Of a DNA stretch of 64,000 bases, positions 1 to 12,250 are shown piece after piece. The translations under genes and the position numbers were made by a program. Numbering within the stretch: position 1 is the stretch's first letter; every line of letters begins with the position of its first letter. The notes under the pieces were generated by a model. It ran no database searches, was not told the DNA's origin, and saw nothing but the letters and a program-made list of their open reading frames with translations. Source of the stretch: Podarcis pityusensis (taxonomy: Eukaryota); NCBI GenBank assembly GCA_964106645.2, contig OZ067043.1, one strand, 5' to 3'.

Positions 1-496
1 GGAGGGTATAGAGTTACCTTCTGCTGTTCCTGGAGCACCACTTCTGCTGTCCAAGATGGGAAAGTTGTGTTGAAAGGAATAGGCGGGTTGTGAGAGAAGG
101 AGATTGGGTGAACGTGAAGGTTATTTGCAAATGTTGAATTGGCTTGTGAACTGGAGATGGGTTATTTATGATGTGGGGGGGGGGGTTCTGCTCGTTTCTG
201 AGCCAACCCAAGGAGAACAGGGTGAGACCACTCATGTGCGAGCTGTTTTTCCATGCCCACACATTGGCATTCACAATTTGCTCATATTCAGGAGGCAATT
301 TTATGGTGTGTAAATGTTGGGCAAGGACGTGACTTGATTCAAACTGAGATTTGTGACATGACTTGATTCGAACTGAGACAATGGAGCCATAAACATGAGA
401 ACGGCTAAGCTAACATGGCTGTTCCATTCAAACTGACTTGCATTTCATATCTAATTAAAAATTAAGCCAATAAGAAACTGGACTAATGATACTTAC

Positions 497-736
497 CTGA
501 GGTGTAAGTTTCCCAACTCTTTGTGTTACAGGCTCATTTAAAACCACCTCTACCTTGCAAGAATCTCTCTCGTTAGAAATATTGAACTGTAGTTCATTTT
601 CAGTTATGTACGCAGCACGTCCTCTTTCAACGTGGATTTCTTTATTCACCAGGACCAGCTTGGCTCCTCTTAGAGGTTCAAGATTCTCAAGGACAATAAA
701 AATAGTCAATGCTACGAAAGCATTCATAATTTCCAT
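497..736 (-). CDS. FREM1: First coding exon of FRAS1-related extracellular matrix protein 1 (FREM1 or a FREM1-like paralog); 80 codons, phase-0 intron follows; rest of gene lies left of the window
   Basis: Translation MEIMNAFVALTIFIVLE...[23 protein letters not shown] matches the recalled FREM1 N-terminus ([29 protein letters not shown]). Hydrophobic signal-peptide-like start. Similarity ends exactly at a CAG|GTAAGT donor (+ strand acttac at 491-496). Confidence 0.93.
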
Positions 737-1002
737 CTTCTCGGTGCTGCTGCTTCCTTTAAGTCATTCAAAGCAAGAATTGCTACAATAGTATTTTGGG
801 ACTACTGTTCTCTTTTGCTCAAGAAATAGAACTTTCGCTATCCCTTGGATTAAATGTGCTTTGGCTCATTTTATCTTCAAGAAATAAAACGAAGTTACTT
901 AGCAGTAATGCTTTTCTCTAAGGCAGTTCAGGAGCTAGGATGTTACAATGGAGTGATTCACATGTGCCAATTGACAGTGTTCAGCGGACAGCAAACGCTC
1001 CC
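737..1002 (-). other. FREM1: Probable 5' UTR part of the same FREM1 exon
   Basis: Minus-strand acceptor-like tctgatttctttgaataacAG|GGGAGCG at 1003/1002. Inferred from the motif only, no transcript data. Confidence 0.5.
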
Positions 1003-4000
1003 CTGTTATTCAAAGAAATCAGAGTTACTCTACTTGAACAAGAAGAGGTAACGCAAATGCAGAACAGTAGCTTAGAAGACACGCGACGAGAAAGTTTACT
1101 ATGAGTTGGGTCCAATTTCCATGCAACGTTTCTCTGCTTCCACTCTGCCAACATCATTCCTTTTTTAAGACTTCTGCCCGTGCTGTTGTTCCCTATCGAC
1201 TTGGGGAATGAGGATTTTATTTCTCATAGACTTTGGACAGAGGAGGCACAGAAGAAAGCTTCAAGTCTCTGGGGCACAGCAGCTCTACCCGCCTGCCTCT
1301 GCTGGGTTGTGGGTTGAGATTGTGCCCTAAAACTCACAGAATGCAGCAGACACACAATGTCATTTGCGGTGGGGTGAACAGCAAGGTAATCTTATTAAGG
1401 ATGTTTAAATAATAATAATGAAATGAATACTCAGTTACAATGAGGATGCAATCACACTCAAGAAGGCAGAGAAAGTTGGTTTCCATTATACTTGCAATGT
1501 TTTCCCTCACTCTACCTAGTGGGAAATGTCATTGCCTCTTTTCATGAAAGAACATACTGAGGGAAATAGGTTTGGAAGGCAGATGCAACATGCATATTCC
1601 TAGGCCACTGTAAAAGGCCCTCCAACAAAGAAGGCAAAAGCAAAACCAAAAACAAATAGCAGAGGAAACTCTTCCCCTTTCAAAGTGGCCAATCTGCATA
1701 GGAAAGCTTTATTAAAATACAATGGAAGATGGAAGAACTCATATAATCCAGACTAAACTAACTACTTTCAGTTCCCATTAAAATTAATGGGACTTAAGTC
1801 ATGATCAACTTGAAATCAATGCGACCCAAGGTCAACCGACTTAATTTAGAGCTAGTCCAGTGTCTGCAATTCAAAACATGTTTAAAGCTATTTGACAACA
1901 TGAATTCCATTATGTCCTTCAGCTTTATTATTGCATCTGTTTTAACACTTGCTTATCGGTAAAAAACAAACAGCTAAATGCCTTTCAAATATTATTCCAC
2001 ATTCAGCAAGGCTGGCAACCATCCCAATCTGCTGGTGTCCATTGCTTGGGAGTCAACTAGAACCACAGTTTGTCTCTGACACAGTTCCTCGCTATATTCC
2101 ACCCAGGATATAGCTTGTGCTTATCTGGTCCTAACAAAGGGTGAGAAAAATGAGAGGCTGAACTAAACTGACCCATCAATTGACTATTTTTATTTGATTG
2201 TGCTTAAATATTGTCAACTATTTCTGGAAGCCCAGGATGTGCCTGTATAGGTGGTGACTTTATTTCTTCCTCTTTCCATTATCACGCCATTTGATAACAA
2301 GAGCAGGAATGAAGACAAGCCCAGCAGGCCCTTCTCCTTCTGAGGTGTTTTCACTGTAGTGTGCTCCTCAAGCCATTCTTCCCCGACTATCATAAATAAA
2401 TGACAAGACACATTGGTGTAATATTTAAAAAATACTTCCTCCTTTTACCATTTATGAGACAATATAAGAGATTATTTTGTTCAACATTTATTTTACTGCC
2501 ACAATAAATAATATGCAGACAGGTTGTTACAATTCCATAAGATTTAATGGTAAAAGAGAGTATTAAATTGTAACTACTTTATAGTATAATTAATTTGTAG
2601 AATCCTCCCATTTCCTCCCACTCTGAGAACTAATTTACATGCTACCAAGACCCCAAAAAATGAAAACCATTTAATTGCTCTCCTATTCTTTATGGACTAG
2701 GAGTGTTGAGAAAATTAATTCTGTGTAGGAGCTGACCATGCTAGGTGTGATCCAATAGACATGTCCAGTGCTCTTTTTCTGGGGAGACGCAGAGGTATGC
2801 ATACCCCTAAACATTTTGTGAATCTTTGTACTTTTGTCCATTTACTGTATTTATTTTTCCCAATTTGAACTATAAAAGGGTGACTTTCCTGAGTCAAAAT
2901 GAGAATACCCCTAAACATTTTTTTTAGAAAAAAAGCACTGCACATGTCTATATTATGATCCAAGAATGGCCTGTCAGATGTATATCAGCGGAGTTCACTC
3001 CAAATTATGGAGCAAATTGAAATCCTCCCCAATCCCAATCTTTTCTTAAAAGAAATAAGTGTGGGGAGTTCCTACTATCTTGCACTTATCCCTTGTCAAT
3101 TATTTCCCCCATTGTTCGGCTTTCAGGGAGAGTTTGAGAATACATTTTGAGAAAACAGTTTTGGTGTATATATGTATCTGTTTCCTTCAGGCCTTTAGGC
3201 CATCCCCCTAGTTTTCAGAAGATAAGTCTCCGAGTTTGGCATGAATGCATCTTGATTCCAAAACACAACTATGTACATACAAATGCATAAACTCCAAGTA
3301 TCACAATTTTTTAAAGTGACCAAATATAAAACACATAAGTTCATTTAAAAGGCAAAGAACACACAGGTTGTCATCTATGACAATCATAGATTGCCTAAGT
3401 CAGCAGTGAGGAGCCAAATTAGGCCCAAGAGGGCTTGGAGATTTGCCTGCCCAGGCCATTTCTGGCAAACCAAGTCTACCTTTTCCCAAGCCTGATGTCA
3501 GGAATGGGTAGGTCCCTGCTGTGTTTGAGTTGAAGTAAAACTGTAGTTGTTCCAACATCCCCACATACAGCCAACTGTTCAGATCTCCACACACCCAAAG
3601 GGAGTTTCCACATGTGTTCAGCAGAACACATGCAGAAACCTCCCCACATTTGGAAACTCTGATAAGGCAAAGTTCTCAATTGCAGGGATGCTTCTGAACT
3701 GAACATATTTTTAAACCCGCTGCAGATCTTAATGCTGAACACGTGAAGGTGTGAAAAGCAGTCCACCAGACAAGGGAAGGTTGTGGGTAATAGTTGCATG
3801 TGTATTCCCACCACCTCTTTAAGCCTTTGTGCCTTCAGGAAATCAACTGAGTGTGGCTGGTGATTGCACACATTCCATTAAGTGCTAAAAACAGGAAGCA
3901 TACCACTGCTTCTGTAAAGTTCAAAAACAGAGTCAATGAGTCTCCTCCATTAAGACATTACACGTATCTTCATATGGGGGAACAAGATGGCAACTTTCCA

Positions 4001-7000
4001 TTTTTGAATGTTACAGATGAAGCACCAAAACAGGAAGTACAACACACTGATGATTCCTGTTACAGTACAAAAGGGGTCAGAGAAGCCTTGCTCGTTTATG
4101 AGGTGCAGTGCAGCTCCCTGCTGATATGGACATCTCTAATTGCTATATATTGTTGCTGCTGTAAAACAACATAACATCTTATCCACCTTTATCATACAGT
4201 TATTTTACTTCATTACCACATCTAGGAAACTGGTTATGCTTTCTAATGTTCACTTTTCACCTTCCAACTTAAAACAACAACAACTCAAACAGCAGTTACG
4301 TGTCTTTCACAAATCTGGATTTTTAAAAATCCTCTTATGCAAAATATCTGTTTCCTCAAGACACTGAGGCTGCTAGTAACCCACCTTTTGTTGTTAGCTG
4401 CAGGGCTCACTCTTTTTTTGCCATGGGAAAACAGAGTAGTATGAACATAATCAGTCCTTTCACTGTACACAGTTCTCAGTTCCAGTAGCAGTTAGACAAT
4501 TTGCTGACAGACTTTACACACACACACCAGTTATTCTCAATTGCAAGGGGCAATACAGGAGTTCTAAAGCTTCCCTCTCCTACAGAGCAAGGCTGAAAAT
4601 GCACCTGCATCTTTTAAGTTTAAAATTAATAAGCCAAGTTACAGGATCCCCAATGCTAATTAGCAGAGTCCCGTTAGAGTCCCCTTTCCCCTCATGCTAA
4701 TTAGTTTAGGGGGGTGGGTAGAATTCCCACACAAGAATGGATAAAAAGACAAAAGTATCCACAGGACTCCTTTGATAAGCAACTGACTGGAGGGGAGGGG
4801 GAGAGAGACAGAGCAGAACAGCCCATCTGTGATTTTAAACACCTGATTGCCTGAAGCATGCAGGTGTGTAAAAAAAAAAAAAGTCTATTTAAATGGTGGG
4901 AGTCTGCAGGAGAAGAAGAAAAAAATGCCACTGCAATTCACATGAAAATCCAGATTCCTAGCTAGTTGCATGAATAATTTATTAACAGCCATCTAGAAAG
5001 GGAGAGTGACACCTTTGTTGTCTGCTGAACCAGCAACAAGAAGATCACTTGCCACGACAAAGAAGTCTTCAAAACAGAAAAGCTGCAGTTTGGATAGCAG
5101 CAAACACACCCTTCTTTAGTCTGCCAAGGCACAATCATTTAATTTCGGGGGGGGGGCAGTACGTTGCTAGAGGATATTCCTATGGCAGAGAGAGGAGACA
5201 TCTCAACATATTTTGAATTTAATAAAATAATGCTCTTCTGTCTTTTGTAAACACCAGATACAGTATATATTTTAAAAATACACAATCATGCTATTGGTAC
5301 TGAAAAGCATATTTTCTAACGGGCATTTTAAGTCAAAGTGCCTACTTAATTCTGAGCGTGAAATTGCAGCGCCTTTTCTGTCTGCTCTTGTCTAATATAA
5401 CAGTTTTTCTTTCTTCCTTTTTTAAATGCCTGTCCTCTAGTCACCCAATAATGTTTCTGAAAGGGAATGGAAAGCTAGCAAGCCTGCCAAGAAAAGGAAA
5501 AATCAAAGCCATACCTGCAAGCTGCAATACAGCTTTAGGAATCCCCCTCAAACTTTTTCTTTTCAAGTGCTTTGAAAGTGGAACTTTTTTTCAAAATGGT
5601 GGTAATGTTCCTCAAAGTCACTTTCAAATCCTTCAAGTCAAGCTAACCCAGAGCAAGGGAAAGAAATAAGAGGCATTAAATGTAATTGTCCCAGAGCAAT
5701 CTCCTCAGAGGGGGAAGAAAAAAAACAAAACCTTAAAATGCAGGAAATCTGTCTAAGTCAAGCTGGCCCACTACTCACAGATGTTACTGATTCAAGTGAG
5801 ATTGCAATTCCAAGCTCCAAAACAGATTCCAAGTGAGAAAATAGGAAAAGTCATTGGTTGCTATTAGATACGCATTCTGAAGGGGGGAAAAGAGAGAGAG
5901 ACAGACAGACTCAGAGAGAATGGGCAGTGAGGAATTTGTGGCCTGGATTAGAGGCTCCATGATAATTAAGGAATCGTGACAAATAGGGATTCAGCTGACC
6001 TCTTTTGCAGAAAAGATACAAGAAGTGAAGGCTGAAATCCAAAACCTGCCTACTAGTCATGAAGCCACCTTAACCTCAGGGGGGCCAACTTCTGAGTAAA
6101 TATGCTTAAGAGCCACACAGCACAAATTCTAACTTCAGTCCTAGAATGTGTTAGAAGTATTTCAGAATGCTTTTGAGGGCTTAATGGGGCTTGAACCATT
6201 AAGAAAACAAGGCCAACATGAAGGGAAACAGTGTGATATTATTAAATTGCCTTCATGTTCTCTTTTCCCTGCCTCCATTGTAATTTTGTAGCAGATCTTA
6301 AACTTACCAGGATAGTTTATTGAGACCCAATTTAAGGAATCTTTATGTATCCAAAGTCCACTCCCTGTTTGAGAATACTAATGGTATTTTTATTTTTATT
6401 TTTACCCTTTTGGCAGCAAGTTTAGCTGTGTTAGAAGCCAATTCTGAAGTTCCTTTTGGAAGCAGAATGTCAAGCCATGAGAGGAGAGCCTACTTCTGAA
6501 AGCACTGCTGGGTCCACTGAAGTCACTCTGGATCTGAGCCTAATTCTGCAAGGTTGCTTCCATGTGGGAGCTTGTTGTGGAATCAGTGCTGCTCTCACAC
6601 ACAGGTTTTTCACAGCATCTACTCGACAAGGATGTTTTCAGAATTCCATTCTGTACTTTTAAAAGCATTTAATCACCTCACTCTGGAAAATCCATTCAAA
6701 AACACCTAACCATCACTACAAGTCATAAGTGCTTGTTTGCTTGCGTGCAGACATTTTGGTAGGTGGTTTCTATCGCTGCACTCCTACCTCTCTTTGTTCC
6801 CTGCCTAGCACAACTTAGCCATTTTGCTTCTGGTGGCCCAAACAATTGAGCAGGCTGATTGCCCCATCACAGCTGTCAGAATTCATTCAGGTTCCACATT
6901 TCCTCAAGGGCTGAACGTTGTAATTGATCCCCCACTGTTGCAAGGAGGACTAGTCACTATCAGTCCAAATAGCACCAGGCTATTATAGATGAGAGGGAGG

Positions 7001-9816
7001 GAGGGAGATCTGCAACAAAATGTGAGGAGCTCTGGTTCAGGTCTCCAACCAACCACCCAAAGCCTTTTTTAGAATATTCCATTCTACTGTCTCCCACGTT
7101 TTATGTTCTCCCCTTCACCATGGTCAGTTGACATTCTTTACACTCTTGAGTATGATCACTCTTCCTTGGGATGTTTGGAGAGATGACTTTCCCCCCCTCT
7201 GGTGGTGGTAGTGGTGGTGGTTTTCTCTCCCTAAAAACTTTTCCTACTTTATCAAACTTGAGATTTTCCCAAGCCTGTTGATCCCTCCCTCTTGTGTGTA
7301 GATATAGCCATTTTGGTCACATAGGATTTCACATTTGGAGAAAAAAGTTCACTAGGAACACAATGGATATGTGTTTAATACAGTAATTAGTTCATAACAA
7401 GTGCAGAAAGTTACATTGCAGTGCAATAAAGAGCTCAGAACAAGTTATACAAAGCATCCAATAATATTCTTGTCTGCTGACTTATGAAATGCCTGTTCAC
7501 ACATAGCGGCTTTGCACACTCAACCAGTATTTTCACAGGCAGTAGTACAATGCAGTGTCTCTCTAAACACACATTTAGATTTTCGCTAGGATTGTTTATT
7601 TTTAGAACTTTATACCTGTTTTTAAAAATGCACCCAGCTTGGACGAGGTGCAATTCTGCTAATTTCTTGGTCCATTTTTTAAAAAAACCAGTTTGTCAAA
7701 AAGAGCTACCTCTAGGTCATAGACATAGAGGGACCAATGGGATGAGTCCTTATCAGAAACCTTATCAGAAGCAAAGTGGTGGAACTTGATAAAACAGAAC
7801 AACCCATGTGACTGAATGACGCTCCAAAAACATGTACAATAGTTATCAACCAATGTGTAAATAGGTGGCATGATACACATAATACACCAGCGAGCTAATC
7901 ATGATAATGTCCTAATCATAGAGAGAGTTAATATTAAAGGATGAAGTGAACAGTCTTCAAAGAATTGTGTACCAGAAGCTACTCTCCAGAAGGCAACAGC
8001 TAATTTATACACTTCTCTGACTGTTGTGTACTGAACTGGAGTGTCAGCATGTCATGACTCATCATAAAAAACTTCAGTAAGGCTGACACTCCCCCTACCA
8101 CAGACAATTCCCATGGCAGATAAAGAATTAACTTTGCCTGAGGGAGCACGCAAGGCAGCTGAGGTGGGGGACCAGCTGTATCACGGAGAATGATCCAAGC
8201 TAAACTACCTAGTTTCAGGCTAACTACCTGAAGAAGTGCAGCGGCAACTTAGTAACTGAGCTTAACGTGCATTTTTAAAACCATTAAACATGGAAATAAA
8301 CAACAAAGCACTCTTAGTCAATTTTTTTAATACTCCATGCTTCAAATGTTCCATGTAGTAGATGAGTAAGACATTTTGCCCTAGCCTTCCAGTTCTGAAT
8401 TTTAGCCTATACATATTTAAATATGAATTTATGCATTTGAAATTATCAGGGCATGCTTAAAAAAAAAACACTCTTTCACAAGCCTGGGCAATTTTTAATG
8501 TGTACGGGCAGGTGGCAGCTTTTCTATCAATGCACCCACATTGCACAGAAATGTCACTTGCAGAATGTCTTTTGTCGTTCTGCTATTGAAAACGCAAGTG
8601 CTCTCCCAGAAAAAGAATTGCATGCAAGATAGAAAGCAGCCGGGGGTTTTGTACCACTTGCTTTAAGGGCCTGAGCCAGCTGATCTTCACTGACCTGCTT
8701 GTCCCAAGTTTACCATTTGAACTAGGAGCGGTGGGCATCTCAAAGGCAGATTTGAGGCAGTGGGTGCCACAAGAAAAACCTCCATCAGGGAGTACCTTAA
8801 CATGCCATGCAGTCTTTAGAACAGCAGTGAAAGCAGGAGAATCTTTCATCATCATACCAAATTTTCAGCAGCAAGAAAGCAAATCCTAAAACAGACAGAA
8901 TGCGCATCACAGTTAAAGTGAAACTTTTTTGAAGTCAAAGTTAAGCATGCTCTTAACCTTTCCACTGAAAACAAAGGGGACATAAAGTACTCAACTTTGA
9001 ATGAATCATGCACAAAATCCATAGGTCATTCTCCCCCACCCTTTTTTTATTCTAAATTATGAAGCAGAGCACATATATAATTTCTACATAACTAAATTTT
9101 AGTTTAGAGTAACTGAGGAAGAAATATACACTTGGGGAAAATATAAACGCTATCCTGAGAGAAAAAAGTCATTTCCTTAAAATCTCTCTTAGAACAAAGA
9201 GCTATGCCATTATTTTTTCAGGTGGCTTCCTGTCATTGCTCTCAAACAAAGACCGCCAGTCACCTTTGGTCCCTTGAACTCCAAGGCAGTGGCATTCTTG
9301 TGAAAGCTGAATCGCTACTTTCATCTGTTGATGCAGTGGAGTGGATCCATGTCTGGAGGATTAAAAACAGCCTCTCTCCAAAAGAACTACACAAAGGAGG
9401 GACTCTGCTTTCTGAGTAAGCAACAGCTGCCAAAATAATTGGTGTGAATCCTATTAGTTAAGAACAATTCAGGAGTCAGACTGAGGCAAGCCAAGCTGGA
9501 CGACCCACAGCCACTATCATATACACGCAAGACCATTACAAAACAAGTATTTCTTTTTGTATTGGTGGGAGCTTAGGGTGCATTGTGAAATGTGCTTTGC
9601 TGAGTGATCTCTCCATACCTCTCGGCTTTAGCTCCAAACAGTCCTCGAATGTATCATGTTTGTCTCCCACTATACTGCTTATGCAAAAGTGGGGAACCTG
9701 TGGCCTTCAAGACTTATTGGACTCCAACTCCTATCAGCTCCAGCCAGCATGACCTAAACAGACCATGATAGGGGGTTACGTGAACATTGTGGGAGCCTTG
9801 TAGCCATCAACAGGAC

Positions 9817-10097
9817 CAGTGGCGCCGACCTGGGCCCCAGATTGTGGGTGCCCAATGGCGCGCGCACATGATGTGATGTCATGACATCACTCACGCCATC
9901 ATGTGCATGCATGTTCTGCCTCCCACCCGCTACCTTGTCTCCGGTGGCTCTCCGGTGGCAGCAACTGGGCCAGGGCCTCCCCCTCCCCGGTGGGGCCTCT
10001 GTTGGGGCCCACTGCAGCTGTGGACGTGCTTAGGCACCCACAGTGGAAATTTTGTGGGTGGCAAAGAACCCAGGGCCCCTCAGAGTTGGCACCTATG
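9817..10097. mobile_element. GC-rich non-autonomous DNA transposon (hAT-like MITE), degraded
   Basis: Imperfect termini CAGTGGCGCCGAC ... GTTGGCACCTATG; GC/CpG-rich island in AT-rich DNA; flanking 8-mers AACAGGAC/AACACAAT match only partly. Confidence 0.45.
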
Positions 10098-11612
10098 AAC
10101 ACAATACCTGAGGCACTTGGCCCCCAAAACAGGACGGGGGGGGAGTAAGTCGTACTCAGTGGGGCTTATTTCTGAGTATACATGAACAGGATTTCAATAT
10201 AAATCAGTAGGATCAACTGCGAGGAGCTCATGTACTGAAGATATGAAGGGTTTGCAGAAAAGTTATATTGATCAACTTATTTTGTCCATACATACCTATT
10301 TATCACAATGCTCAGCTAATTTCACAATGGTGACACTGCCATCTCACGGGTTGTTAAATATTTTATGATTAATAGCCTCTTAGAACAACCAAATACTTGC
10401 TTGTATTCCTCAAAAATTCTCTCCTGTCTGCAGATTCTGTTGGCTGGTCTAAAGTTTACTGCTGAGCTTCAGGTTTCACATACCATATACTACTGTGGGG
10501 AGATGGCATGTTCTCCATGGCAGCCTCATTTTTAATGCAACAAGAAAGGCGGGTGTTGCTCTTACTAATATTATAGCTGAAGGTTGATCACATTTGAAGC
10601 CTGACCGAAAAAAGGGTGGGGGGAAACGTCCTGTGGCTCGCTTGGTGATTTATGACTATCCCTTCTGAACAATAACTATTTATGCATTCATTTATTGTGT
10701 CGCTCGGTGTCACATTTTTGGCAAAGTCACCCAATGCTGTGTAGTGTGCCCCATTACTCCTTCCATCAGAAGATGTTTAGCAGAACTGCCATTTAATAAT
10801 GATTCTGCCTTTTAATTTGCTTGAATGAGACTACCGCTTGTACCGCTTTACTCAGCTTTTCTTTTGATTAATGGGAATGCATTTCTGTACATGGCGAGAA
10901 AGCCGTAAGCGTTAGGGATTGTGCGAATTCCAATATCAAGTTTCAAAGGTAAGAACCCAAAGGGCTTAAAGAATGTATTGTTTGGAGGCTGATCCTTAAT
11001 GAATTGAAGGAATATATATATATATACGCTGGAAAATACTTTTGTAAAAGTTTCTTTAAGCGGTGCAAACGGAACTTCTTGGAAAGGAAAGACAGATCAA
11101 TACTTCCCGGGCTGGGTTAAACTCCAACAGTTGTGCTAGCAGAAGCCAGCACAACAAGTCCTGCTAGTGCAACAGGGCCTTCCCTTTTCTCCTCCCCCCA
11201 TGCCCCCCCCAAGTCAGCTTGGGGTGAGGTTTGGGGGGGAAACAGAACAACACAGCAGGGAGGGGAGATTATTCTGTCTGGCAGAAATGCTTGCACTGAC
11301 AGAAGGATCATAACAGTGCAATGCTGAATTTCTCTCATAAATCATAGCAATAACCATGGAATAAGGACAATATTCAAGTAGGTAGGCATCGTTTAATAAA
11401 ACTAGTGTTTCCAAAGCAGGTCAAATTGCATAGATGTAACACATTTTGTGCAACTATGAAGAGAAGGGTAGACATTTAATCCACTAGGGGTGGTTTTTTT
11501 TATTAAAGTAAATCAAACAAATCAGAACAATAAACATAACAGAAGTACAAATATGCAAAAAAGCAAAAAGAAAATGCACTCTTTGATATTAGAACTTGTT
11601 TAGAGGTAGAAA

Positions 11613-11680
11613 CATAGAATTGTAGAAGCTGGAAGTGACCCCAAGGGTCATCTAGTCCAGCCCCCTGCCATGCAGGAATA
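11613..11680 (-). mobile_element. CR1 LINE extreme 3' end fragment
   Basis: catagaattgtagaagctggaagtgacc...ggtcatctagtccagccccctg is the reverse complement of the typical CR1 3' terminus. Confidence 0.55.
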
Positions 11681-11949
11681 ATGCAGCTAGAGACTCTATT
11701 AAATAGCCAGGAGAGGACTAGAAAGCTAGCTTCCAGTATTAAAATATTGAATTGAATTCAATACCACAATGATTCAGGCAGCAGCACTGTTGGTGTTAGC
11801 AAAGTGCGGATGTCAAAGCAGAATGGAAGACATGATGAACAATAAATGTTGGCTCTCCTACTTGATTAAAAACATTAAATAAATAAATTCCCAGATACTT
11901 ATGGTTCTAGGACTATGACTTGTTGCTCTGATACTGGTTAGTATCACTT

Positions 11950-12250
11950 AGCACAGTTAAGCTATGGAACTCCCTCCCACTGGAGACGGTGATGGCCACC
12001 AACTTTGGAAGAGGATTGGACAAATTCATGGAGGATAAGGCTATCCGTGGTCCTAGCTTCGCACTGTCTCCATGATCAGAGGCTACAGTGCTCCTGAATA
12101 TCAACTGCTGTAAACTGCAGGAGAGGTTGACAAGTGCTCTTGTGCTTGGCTCCCGCTTGTGGGTGTCTCACTGGTATCTGGTTGGTCTCCGTGAGAACAG
12201 GATGCTGATTTGGGAGGGTCATTGGCCTGATCCAGACTCTCTTTATGTTG
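11950..12250 (+). mobile_element. CR1 LINE 3' fragment (ORF2 end plus 3' UTR)
   Basis: ctatggaactccctccc...ggattggacaaattcatggaggataaggctatc...gtgagaacaggatgctg...ggcctgatccag, characteristic of squamate CR1 3' ends. Confidence 0.6.

Noticed and set aside
455-496. C-terminal VSIISPVSYWLNF of the 93-aa ORF as coding
   Set aside because: Lies beyond the GTAAGT donor where FREM1 similarity stops; it is intron read-through.
2715-2963. Possible L1 RT remnant (TKCLGVCIP resembling KYLGI)
   Set aside because: Similarity too short and degenerate to support.
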